Below are positions 21,632 through 33,293 of a stretch of 39,924 bases of DNA, in pieces. The stretch's first letter is position 1. Every line of letters starts with the position of its first letter. A program made the translations under genes and the position numbers. Where the stretch lies: positions 1-39,924 of the forward strand of contig JAVECO010000200.1 in the NCBI GenBank assembly GCA_051942205.1. The letters are read 5' to 3'. This stretch comes from Coniocarpon cinnabarinum. Its lineage: Eukaryota. The notes under the pieces were generated by a model. It had not been told where the DNA came from, searched no databases, and was given only the letters and a program-made list of their open reading frames with translations.

Positions 21632-22213
21632 GGTCTGAACGCCTCGCAAGTAGTAGGCAAGCAATTTGCAGTTCAATGGTGCGATCTGCCCTCTCAAATA
21701 GAACGCTCTTGGCCTGCTAAGAACAGGTGACCCAGCGAAATGAACGTAGCGGATTCAGATGACTGCTATTTCATTTTTTAAGCCTCTCAATCCGATCTTG
21801 GTCAGGTTCTTTCAAAGCGTCTGCTGTCGCCAAAGCACATGAAAGTTACTCAACAATCTCTCAACAGAGATTTTAACGTTGCGATCCAGTCGGTTGCTGA
21901 TGTAGGTCTCGGGAAGGCAGTGCGTCCTCGAAGGCGTAGATCAATTGCTCTCAAGGAGTAGCACATGCATAACGTTGTTTGTTGACAGATCGTGGGAACG
22001 ACTAGTAGAAGTTTAGATAACCAAAAATTGCCTCTACTTCCTGCGAATTCTGCGCAGTACTAGCGCTTGTTTCAGAATAAGCATCAGATCCGGGGGCGGA
22101 AATAAGCGCCTAGCGCCACTAGTGACAGACCCTAGAAGCGCCGATCCACTTCAGCTTCATACAAACTTTTGGGCGTCTCGTCACATCTCGAATCAACAAG
22201 CGACGAAGTCCGC

Positions 22214-23494
22214 ATGGCTCCCTCACTTACCATGCGACTTCGTCGCCTGCCTCGCTTCCTCCTCAACCATATCCGCCTCATCGTCCTCATCACATTCCTG
22301 ACCTTCCTCGAAATCTACATCCATGTGCAGAGCTTCTCTGTCCCTCATCCCTCTGAACCACTCGACCCGCCGTTCGCTCACGCCTGTCGTCCCTCCTCCG
22401 ATCCTTCGCACATCTTCAATCCCCATAGCAATGCTGCACCACCTGATGCCGCCGAGCCCCGCGAGAACGCTACAATCCTTATGCTTGCGCGCAACTCTGA
22501 CCGCGAAGGCGCTGTTCACGCTGTTCGATCTCTTGAGAAGCAGTGGAATCACCATTTCCACTATCCCTATGTCTTTCTGAATGACAAACCATATGATGCG
22601 GCGTTCAAGGCGGGTCTCGCCGCTGAAGTCTCGGGCCCGGCAACATTTGATGCCATCCCCGCACACATGTGGTCGTGGCCTAAAGACCCCACCACCGGCC
22701 GCGAGACACCGGATCGCGCGACCGCGCAAAAAGCAATGCAACGCATGGAATCGCGCGGCATGCCCTACGCCGGCAACGAAAACTACCACCACATGTGTCG
22801 CTTCTACTCCGGGTTCTTCTTCGACCATCCGTCCTTGCTACAATATGAATGGTACTGGCGCCTCGAACCAGACGTGGAATACACCTGCGCCATACCCTAT
22901 GATCCCTTTCGACAAATGCGATTAGCAGGAAAGGTATACGGATACGTCATGGCATTGTGGGAGGTGGGTAGCACCAGCCCCTCACTTTTCCGGACTGCAA
23001 TCAACCACATGCGCTCGTTTGACATCGACGGCGGACTCGGATGGCAAAGCCTCATCGCGCCGTCAACGGCACCCTGGCCATTTCGCAAACTCCTTATGCC
23101 CCGCTCATCAATCTTCCATTCAAGGACACCAGGCGGCGACGCCTGGAACTTCTGCCACTTCTGGTCCAACTTCGAGATCGCCTCTCTATCCTTCTACCGC
23201 TCCAAAGAATACCGCGACTTCTTCCGCACGCTGGACGAAGCGGGCGGGTTCTATACAGAGCGGTGGGGCGACGCGCCTGTGCATAGCCTGGCGGCGAGTA
23301 TGTTCTTGAAGCCGGAGGAGTTGCATTGGTTTGCGGACTTGGGGTATATTCATCCGCCGTTGCGGCATTGTCCCGACGTCGAAGGGAGGGGTGCTAAGGG
23401 GTGTGGTTGTCAGTGTGCGAAGCCGCCGGAGGGGATGAGAGGGGTGCCGAGTGATTGTTTAGAAAGTTTGAGAAGAGCGGTGGAACCCGGCTGA
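22214..23494 (+). CDS. Glycosyltransferase family 15 (KRE2/KTR-type alpha-1,2-mannosyltransferase), type II membrane protein
   Basis: N-terminal TM helix, RENATILMLARN, YHHMCRFYSGFF, WYWRLEPDV, CHFWSNFEIA and ERWGDAPVHS. ATG at 22214. Confidence 0.93.
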   Translation: MAPSLTMRLRRLPRFLLNHIRLIVLITFLTFLEIYIHVQSFSVPHPSEPLDPPFAHACRPSSDPSHIFNPHSNAAPPDAAEPRENATILMLARNSDREGAVHAVRSLEKQWNHHFHYPYVFLNDKPYDAAFKAGLAAEVSGPATFDAIPAHMWSWPKDPTTGRETPDRATAQKAMQRMESRGMPYAGNENYHHMCRFYSGFFFDHPSLLQYEWYWRLEPDVEYTCAIPYDPFRQMRLAGKVYGYVMALWEVGSTSPSLFRTAINHMRSFDIDGGLGWQSLIAPSTAPWPFRKLLMPRSSIFHSRTPGGDAWNFCHFWSNFEIASLSFYRSKEYRDFFRTLDEAGGFYTERWGDAPVHSLAASMFLKPEELHWFADLGYIHPPLRHCPDVEGRGAKGCGCQCAKPPEGMRGVPSDCLESLRRAVEPG

Positions 23495-23627
23495 AGCGAG
23501 GAAAGATGTGAAGAGCTCTGATTACATTTTATCTGCAAAGCTGTCATGTCCAGCTATCATGCTTTATCATCACGAATATGCCACCGCTTCATCGTATCAC
23601 GACTCAACGCCGGTCCATGCAAGTACA

Positions 23628-26192
23628 TCATACAGACATCACAGCGTTATCTCGCTCAGATTCTTCTCGATCATGATTTGAGCGCATGCTTGAAAAGACG
23701 CTCACGACAGCGTCACCCTCTTCTGGACTCAAGAACTCGTCCAACATCCGATGAGCAGCTTCAGCCGACTCAGTCCAGATTCCCTCCTCAATGACGCTTT
23801 CTCCCTGAGAAAAGGCCACACGACTGAGTGCGACGAGGTGCTTGTGGTGGCCGCTAGGCTCCGCTGCCAGTCGTGTGCGCAGATCTAGCGTGTCGCTATG
23901 GACGAAGCAGAGATGCGCAAGGAGCATAACGCTATGATTGACGCACGCGGTGGCAAGCCCGTGAGTCTTGGGATGGTAGTCGTACATTGATAGTATACTT
24001 TCGTGCATGAAGCGAATGATGCGGCCGGTTGCAAACCGGTGGGACGCAAGCATTTTGCCTCCGTGGTCGGTACTACACAAATGTGTGAGTAGGTGCAAGG
24101 CTGCTATGCGCAGGTCAAAAGCAGTCAGCTCATTGCCTGCTGATGTGACGCTCTGTAAAGGAGTGTCGTTGCTCGCCTCGTCTGAGCGTGATACCGAGCT
24201 TGCCTCGACACCTGTGTCCTCTGTACCAGCAGGATTTTGACGCTGCTGGTCTCTCTTGTCAGCGAGCAGATTTGCCAGTCGTGACACCAAGTTATATTCG
24301 TTCTGATGTTGTCGTTGATTCGTCGTGTATTCTTCACCGTCGCCCACAGCCTTGCTAATAGCACCAAAAGAATGTTCAAGCACCGACAGGCCTACCACAT
24401 CAAGCATGGAAATGCTTTCCTCCAGAGGCTGAGCCTTGTGCAACATGACAAGAATAAAGTCGTGTTCGATGCATGACCAGAATGTCTTCAAGGCGCGCTC
24501 ATCGTCGACGCATTTCTGCGCCACGACATGCATGAGCTGGAGACAGTCCAATGGCTTGATGTATATCTCAACTTCAGGATCAGGGCCTTTGTTTGCAACG
24601 GGATTCATCCATCTGCGAGCTCTTGGAGTTGCTACAAGATCAGCAGTCTGAACAACGAGTGGGACGATCTCGGTCGCAGTTTGCCTGGCTACTTCATTTG
24701 AGCTTCGCACAACAACGTCCATGAGCAGACTCAATACAAGAGGGATTGCCTGGCAGTATTGTTCGCCCAAGCACTTTACCCACAGAATTGTCATCTGAGA
24801 ACAGAACTGGACTGCGCAATCTGAACTCTTCTCAACGGATTGCACATCGTGCAACGCGTCGTACACAGACGACGATAAGGTTGTCTCAGGCTCAGATGGA
24901 AGCGAAAGCGCAGTCAAGAGCTCAATGGTGCGTCGATCATCTGGTTGTCGGTGTTCCAGCACAGCTTGGATTAGATCAGAGCGACGCTCAACCTCAGTCT
25001 TCTCACGCGTCCGCAGCGGCAGCACTGCATTCAGCTGAACCGGTGGCTCGCCCTGCTCGACTTGAAAAGACGTGTCTTGATCTGAGAATGACAGTTGCTT
25101 CGTCGGACTGTCGTGCTCGACCCGCTTGCGTTTGCTAGGAGGTTTCGTTGGTGTCCCTGGCTGCGGCTTCTCCTTGCTCTTGCTGGGAGAGATGGCTATG
25201 ACCTCGTCGTCGTTAAACCCATCTCGAAAGGGCAAGCTAGACTTCTTCTTGGGCGTGGATGCTGGACTCGGTCTGGGCCGGACATTCTCGTTTCCACTCT
25301 TCAATGCTCGCCGAGCATGGCGGGCGCGGTCAGTTTCCTGGGCCAGATCATGCTGCAGAAATTTATTGCTCGTCTCCATCTGCTCTCGATCCTTCTTCGC
25401 CGCGTCCATTTCGGCCTTGTGTCTCGCAGTCTCTTGCGCACTGAGCTCCTGGAGAGACGCAAGTTTGGCTTCATATTCTTTGATGGTCTTTTCTTGGTTC
25501 GCGCGCACGATAGAAATCTCACCAGCCTTTGCGAATGCTTGAGCCTTGGCACTTTGGTTTTCTTGAATTAACGCACTATGTGCACGCTCTAGCTGAATGA
25601 CGATTGGTCAGCACCGGTGAAACTTGTTGTATTGCAGGCTTCGGCTCCTTACCTCTGCCACACGCTTTTGTAAAGCAGCGGCGTCCAGCGTAGTAGCGGC
25701 GCCATTGACTGCTTGAGCGCCAGCTTCCGTTTGTGTCTGTCGGAGAGGCTGTGCCACTTGTTGCTGAGACTGCACCTGTTGGGATAACTGAGAAAGAACA
25801 GCGTTTCCTGTCGAGGACGTTGGTCGAGGCGGCCGAAATGTGGGAAGTCGACGTTGGGCAGCCGCTCCATATCTCTGCACTCGCCAATTCTCTCGCTGAG
25901 TGACTTCATCTTGAGGACGGGCATGCTGAGAAGATTGAAAGGTTTCGTTCCGCTTAGCGGCTAGGCTCTGCGGGTTTTGCCAAGCAGTGACTACTTTAGA
26001 CCTCGGAGGTGCATCCAGATCAATGACTTCTTCATCGTCTTGAAGACCATAGTCAGACGAAGGCGGTGGCTGCAAATCGGCTACGGCCGCAGGGTCCTGG
26101 AGCGCCTTAGACGCTCGGGCTTCAATTTCCTGCAGAGTGTTGGATGGCAGATCGTCGAGTCCGCCATCATCATCAAAGTACTCGTCATCCAT
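23628..26192 (-). CDS. rad26: Rad26/ATRIP (UvsD-like) DNA damage checkpoint protein
   Basis: Exons 26192-25653 and 25592-23628; intron GTAAGG..CTGAC..CAG. Acidic N-terminus, coiled coil with KAGEISIVRAN, LPFRDGFNDDE, and C-terminal HKHLVALSRVAFS..AAHRMLDEFLSPEEG typical of Pezizomycotina Rad26. Confidence 0.82.
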
Positions 26193-26460
26193 GTCATATC
26201 GTCGGACATCTTGTGGTGATCATAGAGAAGATTTGTGGTCTCACTCTACTTCATATACATAAGAGGTGGGCAGGGTTGGATTATGAGACTTGCAGACACC
26301 CCGAAAATCCAATCGGCCATGAGTCTCGGATTTCTAGCGATGGCAGTGTCTGTGATTAAAAGAACGTAGTATACATGTTTCACTCCTGCATCATGACGAT
26401 ACTGTCACAAAATGCAAAAGTTCATTTCCGAAGATCCCCTAACATTAAACCGCAATCTTT

Positions 26461-27405
26461 TCAAGCAGATTTCACGAGGTGTTCAATGTCTATAGGTGTG
26501 GTCCTGCAACATCCGCCCACAATCTTCACGCCCGAGGAACGTGTCTGAGCAAGCAAGGACGCCAGGTCGGTTCCTGAGGTTGACGCGGTGATCCAAGTAT
26601 GCGTATTGGCATCCCAGACCTCACCGGTATTTGGGTATGCTATAAGCGGCTTCGTGGCTAGACCACCCATCCGCTTTAGGCCAGCAATTGCCACCGCTGG
26701 TGAGACGCAATTGACGCCAATAGCAATCACTTTAGATGACTCGCATAGCCTAGGAACAATGTCCTCAATTTTGGTGCCATCACTGAGATGCGCACCATCT
26801 CTCAATGTGAACGAGAACCACGCCTCAACGTTTCCAGGGAGCAGACCTTCGAGCATTTGTAGGAGGACCAGTGCTTCAGAAGCGGATGGCATCGTTTCAA
26901 AAGCAAGCAAGTCAACGCCGCCCTCAATTAGCGCTTCCACACGAGGTCGATGAAAATCGACGAGCTTCTGATGTGAAACATTGTAGTCACCTCTATATTC
27001 ACTGCCATCCGCTAAGTACGCTCCGTAAGGACCTACAGATCCCGCCACTAGCATCTTGCGCTGAGGATCGTGGTGCAAGACTCGATCGCGAGCCGACTGC
27101 GCCAGTTTGACACTGCGCGCAATGAGATGGTGAGACTCGTCTTCGCTCAGGCCGCGAGAAAGAAAACCTAATGGGGACGCTTGATAGCTGACTGTAGTAG
27201 CTATGTCAGCTCCAGCACGAAAGTACGCTTCATGGACGTCTGTAATGATGGAAGAATGTTCGAGAAGCGTTTTTGCAGACCACAGAGGATCATTCAGATC
27301 ACAGCCTCTGCGTTCTAGCTCAGTCGCAAGGGCACCATCCAGATACACTGTCTGTCTTTTTGATAGCAAATCACGCAAAGATGTGGTATCCTGTGTTGGA
27401 GACAT
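26461..27405 (-). CDS. mmuM: Homocysteine S-methyltransferase, MmuM-type (314 aa, intronless)
   Basis: LDGALATELE, LWSA, SYQA, VAGSVGPYGAYLADGSEYRGDY, Zn ligands GVNC and GGCCRTTP, YPN. First ATG at 27405. Confidence 0.93.
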   Translation of the reverse strand: MSPTQDTTSLRDLLSKRQTVYLDGALATELERRGCDLNDPLWSAKTLLEHSSIITDVHEAYFRAGADIATTVSYQASPLGFLSRGLSEDESHHLIARSVKLAQSARDRVLHHDPQRKMLVAGSVGPYGAYLADGSEYRGDYNVSHQKLVDFHRPRVEALIEGGVDLLAFETMPSASEALVLLQMLEGLLPGNVEAWFSFTLRDGAHLSDGTKIEDIVPRLCESSKVIAIGVNCVSPAVAIAGLKRMGGLATKPLIAYPNTGEVWDANTHTWITASTSGTDLASLLAQTRSSGVKIVGGCCRTTPIDIEHLVKSA

Positions 27406-27932
27406 TGTGGAAGAGAGCCTGTATAGTGCTGTTGAACATGTCTGAATTGACCTGGTTGCGAAACAGATCGAATTTGCAGTACCTAATAGGGATTCGACAA
27501 GCCTACGAGCAAGCCCATCGTGAGGTGAAACGTAGTATGAGTGAAGGAGAAGGTTGGACTGCTGCCCAAGAGAACAGTGACGCCAAGACTTCACGTCATT
27601 TCTACCTAGCGCTCACAGCACAGACAGCTCATTTCCAGGCGCAAAGCTCTGTCAGCGCTCGCATCTTTCTTCACACATCGTGATTATCTGTCTGCTAGCA
27701 TGCGGATCCTCTTAATGCTGCACGGGCAATGACTCTAACACGCCGATCACTTGTACGCAGCGGTATATGACGCTGTTTGACGCTGCACACCCTTCGCAAG
27801 TCAGCTGCAGCGGCTTTTAGCATGTGAAAGTGCCTTGTCCTCCAACTCAGCACCGCCCTTCTTCTCTTCCACGCGCTCTCACGCGCCGCGACCATCTTGC
27901 CAGCAAGCCCTCAAAGGTCTTTGATGCGAGCC

Positions 27933-29590
27933 ATGTCACGCTCCAAAAAAGGGAATGCCCCAAATTCACCTAATGGTGTGCGCTCGCCAACAGCTCCTAA
28001 TGGTGCACGCGCGTCTCCCCGTCCTGACGGTGCCTTGGACTCCCCGAGAAGTCCAGCCCAGGGCAAAAATGGGTCGGAAGACAAGGTATGCGCTGCTGCA
28101 ATGCTCCTTCGGCTTCAAGTCACATTGCTAATTCCGTCGTCGTTCAGCAACCAAATGGCGACCAGCAAGCAGCTCAGCATCGTGCTGAGTATGAGAAGAA
28201 AAAGCAATCCATCATCACGCGAAGTGTCTGGACCGTCATTATGATAGCCGGCTTCTTCATACCTCTCTTCTCCGGCCACATCTACGTGATCATGCTTATT
28301 ACCGGTATCCAAATCATATCCTTTAAAGAAGTCATTGCCATATCCAGCGTCCCTAGCCGGGCAAGGAGCCTGCGCTTTACCAAGACGCTCAATTGGTACT
28401 TCTTGGGCACCACCATGTACTATCTTTATGGGGAGAGTGTGATATACTATTTCAAACACATTGTGCTGGTGGATCAGGTGCTGTCGCCTTTCGCCACTCA
28501 CCACCGCTTCATCAGCTTTATGCTTTATGTGATGGGTAAGGGCCCGTCAAGGTGCTATTCTGAACTGAGGTAGAGCTGACTGAAAGTCTAGGCTTTGTCT
28601 TCTTCGTGACTTCACTTCAGAAGGGACACTACAAATTCCAATTCACACAATTTGCCTGGACTCACATGGCGCTTTATCTCATTGTGGTGCAAGCTCATTT
28701 CGTGATGAACAACGTCTTCGAAGGTCTCATATGGTTCATTTTGCCTGCAGCACTGGTGATAACCAATGACATTATGGCCTACATTTGTGGAATGACCTTT
28801 GGCCGTACGCCATTGATCAAACTGTCGCCCAAAAAGACAGTGGAAGGCTTCTTAGGCGCATGGATATTTACAATTATCTCTGGCTTCATGTGGGTCTGGT
28901 TGATCACTAAATCAACCTATCTCACGTGTCCAGTCAACGTGAGCTCCCGAGGATCTCTGTCTTAGTCTTTACTAACCAAGATTCAGGACTTGGGAGCCAA
29001 TGTCTTCACTGGTCTGCAATGCGATCCAAATCCCGTCTTTGTGCCAAAGACGTATCACCTCTCTTCGCTCATGCCAACGCACTTTCAGAACTTCAAGGTT
29101 ATGCCCGACAGCGGCATCCTCAGCAATGTACCAACCACACTAACCATAGCTCCGATCAATTTCCACGTCATGGTCTTTTCTACGTTCGCGTCGCTAATCG
29201 CACCCTTTGGTGGATTTTTTGCTTCCGGTCTAAAGCGGACGTTCAACGTCAAAGACTTTGGAGACTCTATTCCAGGCCACGGAGGGATGACGGACAGAAT
29301 GGACTGCCAATTCATCATGGGTCTGTTCTCGTTCATGTACTACCACAGCTTCATTGCCGTGACCCGAGCAAGCGTGGGAGGCGTCCTGGAGATGGCCATT
29401 CAGGGCCTGACGGTGGACGAACAGGTCGAAGTCGTCAAGTCTCTCAGCAAGCACCTTGTCAACCAGGGTGTCATTTCGGACAAGGTAAGCTTCTCATCCG
29501 CATGCAGTCCGAGCACGTGACAGAACATTACTAACTTGTGCTTCGCTGTAGGTGTTGGAGAACATCAGCAACCAGCTGTCCAGAAGGTAG
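27933..29590 (+). CDS. CDS1: Phosphatidate cytidylyltransferase (CDP-diacylglycerol synthase)
   Basis: Exons 27933-28085, 28148-28535, 28592-28938, 28987-29484 and 29552-29590 with canonical introns. Motifs LSPKKTVEGF and APFGGFFASGLKRTFNVKDFGDSIPGHGGMTDRMDCQF. Confidence 0.96.
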
Positions 29591-29857
29591 CGTGTAAGTG
29601 CAGGCGTCTTTTGAAGTGTATGTTGTTTGGCGAGCAGGTTCTGCATGCTGCGGTGTGCTGATTTGCGATCTGGCGCATGTTGTAATATATTCTAGATATC
29701 CTTGCGGCGTACCGCTCCACGAATTCATGATACCCTGATGAACGCTGTTGCCAATGGCTACAACTCCCGCACCAGCTATCCAGAGTCAGCGTCTTCGAGC
29801 GTGCCTTCTCAACCCTACCTACCACGTCTGCTTGTGCGCTACAGCGAGAGGCCCAGC

Positions 29858-29915
29858 CACGACACGTGACAGCGCTCCTGCTTCGTGTTGGATCGAGGAG
29901 CCCCTCGACACGTGA
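29858..29915. promoter_or_regulatory. Two CGACACGTGA motifs upstream of the GNAT gene
   Basis: CACGACACGTGACAGCGC at 29858-29875 and CGACACGTGA at 29906-29915. Confidence 0.4.
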
Positions 29916-30162
29916 TATGTCCGCCCTTGCCTTGACGAAGTGACCCGCAATACTGCCTCTTCATCTATCAAGGTCGCACTTACCCTGACCCTGCGCTCAG
30001 GTGTTCGTCACAAATGCTTGTATGATTCGCCTTGATGTTGAGCAGATAGCCAAACTTGATCACTCCTAACCTGGCATCCCGACGTCCCTTGAAACTTTCC
30101 ATTTCTACATAGCATCGATTTGCGCAGGAAAACAGTTACTCCAGCTCTTGATACGTTTGACC

Positions 30163-30822
30163 ATGGCATCAAACCAAGTCGCACCAACGCTCGACCATCC
30201 TATCATCCGTCAGGCAACACCGAATGACATTCCACACATCCTCCAGCTGATCCGAGATCTGGCGGAATTTGAACATGCGCTAGATCGAGTCGAAGCCACC
30301 GAAGAAAGCCTTCGCAAAACCATCGACTTTGCACCAGACAAAGGCAATCCCAATCCGAATCCAGAAGGTCTATCGACGACGCGCATTGCAGGCTGCTTAG
30401 TGGTCGAAGCACCGCCATCTGGTCCACCAAAGTCTCACCAAGGTGCTGCTAAGCATCAAACTCAGCCTGCACCAGCGGCCGCAGATCAGCATAGAGTTGA
30501 AGTCGTAGGTATTGCAATCTACTACCACACGTATAGCACCTGGCTTGCTGTGACGGGTATTCATCTAGAGGATTTATACATCGCGCCGTCTCACCGCAAA
30601 CGCGGCTACGCAACGCTGTTGTTTGCGCAGCTGGCGAAGCTGGTTGAACAGGTCAGTGGCGGCCGTGGGAGGCTCCAATGGGACTGTCTTAGGTGGAACA
30701 CGAATGCATTGGACTTCTACAAGGGTGAGACGATTGGTGGGAAATCATTGGACGAATGGATAGCCATTCGGCTAGAAGGCAAGGACCAGCTGAGGAGGTT
30801 GGCCGAAAGAGTAGAGAATTGA
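30163..30822 (+). CDS. GNAT N-acetyltransferase, Ats1/SSAT (diamine acetyltransferase)-like
   Basis: IRQATPNDIP.IL.LIRDLAEFE, YYHTYSTW, IHLEDLYI..SHRKRGYA (acetyl-CoA motif A), RLQWDCLRWNTNALDFY. ATG at 30163. Confidence 0.9.
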   Translation: MASNQVAPTLDHPIIRQATPNDIPHILQLIRDLAEFEHALDRVEATEESLRKTIDFAPDKGNPNPNPEGLSTTRIAGCLVVEAPPSGPPKSHQGAAKHQTQPAPAAADQHRVEVVGIAIYYHTYSTWLAVTGIHLEDLYIAPSHRKRGYATLLFAQLAKLVEQVSGGRGRLQWDCLRWNTNALDFYKGETIGGKSLDEWIAIRLEGKDQLRRLAERVEN

Positions 30823-31038
30823 CAGAATGGTGATGTGGATGGGCTCCCACAGAGCCATAGGTTTTGAGCGCACGCTTGCGGTGAGGTAGTCTCTAGAATG
30901 TAAATACTGAATCACATCCCTCAACCCTGCATGTATACGCATGTGACAGATACTGTAGCCGCCTCCTCGTTCTCGCTTTCACCCGGTCTGCTGTATGAAT
31001 TTGGTGACTTCCTACACTCCAAGCCAACCTGTTTTCAG

Positions 31039-32085
31039 ATGCCCAAAGGTCGTGCGCTCTGCCAAGGCAGCTCGTCATTTGAGCCTGACGGCTTGTTCGC
31101 GCGACTGGATGATGGCTTTGATCCGCGTCCAGATGCAAAAAGCAGTGACCTCCGCACCGCCATCCGCACATGCTTCTCACTGCCCGCAAGCGACTCGTAC
31201 GTCTACCACGCCACTGCTAGCGTCACCCTTGACCAAGTCCAGCAAGCTGTGAAAGCCGGCAGACAGCATGGACTGCATGACTGGTACCCTGATGCGACGT
31301 CTCCGCCACCAACTTCAGACATCGACGCCTACACTTCCATCTTTGCAAGTACAACCGCCACGGATAAGTCTTTGAAGGCTTTTGCCGCGAATGCAAAGAA
31401 AGAGTCGATAAGGGCACATGTTGCACAAAATATAGTATCGAAGCGGACTTGGCCGCCGTCGATCATTGTACCGAAGCTCAAGAAGCCGCACGTAAACCCA
31501 TACCTGGACTTTTGGAGCTGGTCGTGCCGTGAGCTTGAATGGTGCGGGCCAGAAGAGGCAACGTCGGAAGTTAAGCAGAGTCATCACATTCTGCCAGTGT
31601 TCTTTCACCACTTTGGCTGCGCTTGCCCCACTTTCGAGGCACTCGAGGTGATTAGACAGTTTGCAGCTGGCCGTGCTATCATCGATGCAGGCAGTGGAAA
31701 CGGGTACTGGAGCTTTATGCTTAGACGACATGGTCTCGAAGTGTCAGCTGTTGACAATGGCGATAGCGTGTGGCGAACCATATGGATCAGCGACACCGTT
31801 AAAATAGACGCAGCGAAGTTCATACACGCCCAGAAAAAAGGAGCAGCGGATTACTTGTTGCTGATGGTATATCCACAAGTAACAACGGACTTCACGTCTG
31901 AGACGATCGATGCCTACCGAGGTGACACTATTGTAGTGGCCGGAACCCAGAATTCCAATGGCTTCACGGCAGACGTGGGAAGCCTGTTGGAAACGAAGGG
32001 TGAGTGGCAGAAGATACTGCAGACACCGCTTCCGAGCTTCGCTGGCAAAGACGAAGCCTTGACCGTCTGGAAGAAAACAGTATAA
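31039..32085 (+). CDS. Conserved hypothetical protein with a class I SAM-methyltransferase-like C-terminal domain
   Basis: Long ORF with IIDAGSGNGYWSFMLRRHGLEVSAVDN (motif I and post-I) and LLMVYP. The start is either 31039 (MPKGR) or 30931. Confidence 0.75.
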   Translation: MPKGRALCQGSSSFEPDGLFARLDDGFDPRPDAKSSDLRTAIRTCFSLPASDSYVYHATASVTLDQVQQAVKAGRQHGLHDWYPDATSPPPTSDIDAYTSIFASTTATDKSLKAFAANAKKESIRAHVAQNIVSKRTWPPSIIVPKLKKPHVNPYLDFWSWSCRELEWCGPEEATSEVKQSHHILPVFFHHFGCACPTFEALEVIRQFAAGRAIIDAGSGNGYWSFMLRRHGLEVSAVDNGDSVWRTIWISDTVKIDAAKFIHAQKKGAADYLLLMVYPQVTTDFTSETIDAYRGDTIVVAGTQNSNGFTADVGSLLETKGEWQKILQTPLPSFAGKDEALTVWKKTV

Positions 32086-33104
32086 TAAGACACTCCGAGT
32101 TGATGGATTTTGTTCACTCGCCAGTGTCGCGCCGCGCTGTTCGCGAAAGTAATTCAAGCACCGATCCCCACTGTCCGACTGGAGTTGTGATACCATTATG
32201 ACATACCTGTCTGGGCGCACCGCTCTCCAACTCCAAAGACGTCAGAGCACGGAAGTATGCGTGTTCCATGTGCCTACGAGCCTCGCGTTCTTGTTCGCAC
32301 AAACCCGGTCCCAGAAATGCTCCAGTCCTCAGCTTTATGAAAACCTACAATTACCGTAAAGGTTCTTCACTTGACTTATTCACATACTTTGTCCTGCTTT
32401 CGCCATGGACTGCACTTCCCAGATCTCATTTGCTTGTTTCATGCGCAAGCTCAAGTCAATGATGGATCTTCGGAGACGAACGACTTGTGACCTATCCATT
32501 GCCAAACCCGGGAGCATCGACAATGGCAAGGCCATGAGTCGGTGGTGCGTGCGAGCTTCTGAAAACAAACCGCCGCATAGAAAGCGTGCGCGCAATCAAA
32601 TATCCAGCTTTGAAAGTTTCTTGCCTGTGGGTAATCGAAGTATTTCGTCAAATCGGAATCAACATAACGATTACGCAGTTATCTGATCAGGATCGACTGG
32701 ATCACATTGATTATTGGTTCCGCTAGTGGCCAGCACTGGACGATGTGAAGTGGGTCTCAGGCTGTAGTATCTTTGCTTGAACTGCGTGGCAGATTGATCC
32801 GTCTCAGGTGCAGAACAGGTGGTACCGCGTCATATACTGCATGATCGCCTTTGCGAGCCCTGCTGGGTCCGAAGTCCGAAACCGCAGCTTCAACGGCTGC
32901 GTCCGCGATCGCCCTAACGGTGCCGTAGAGTCGCGATGTGATCTCTTGTTCCGCATGCTACCGCCAGCGGCATGCCATGCATAGGCTGCTTAGCAAAATC
33001 GCGCAGGCTAATGTAAGCACACCCAGGTTGGCCTGAGGGGTTGCCCGTTGCTGCATTTACTTCGCTGTCGTACTGTTGAGCAACGGAACACTGACACGAA
33101 ATTC

Positions 33105-33136
33105 AACTCAACAACTATGGAACTCAACAACTATGG
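33105..33136. repeat. Perfect 16-bp tandem duplication (AACTCAACAACTATGG)x2
   Basis: Read directly. Confidence 0.9.
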
Positions 33137-33269
33137 TTTTTCACAAAAGTTGCGAAACAAAGATGGCAAGAACAGGATCAAGAGGAGAAAAGCTTTGAAG
33201 CCGGCTATTACTACAATCAAGACCAGCCTATTTGGTTCATCATATTGAATGGCCAAACTGGAATCATGG

Positions 33270-33293
33270 AGCGCGATGTGTACACATCGCGCT
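33270..33293. repeat. Perfect 24-bp palindrome AGCGCGATGTGTACACATCGCGCT
   Basis: The sequence equals its own reverse complement. Confidence 0.9.

Noticed and set aside
21632..22213. Possible snoRNA or other ncRNA in the EMW1/GT15 divergent spacer
   Set aside because: I found no convincing box C/D or H/ACA pair with a terminal stem.
27406..27594. N-terminal extension of the HMT in the ORF track (similar extensions for EMW1, GT15 and GNAT)
   Set aside because: These start at GTG/TTG codons, which are not normal fungal initiators. Homology begins at the first ATG.
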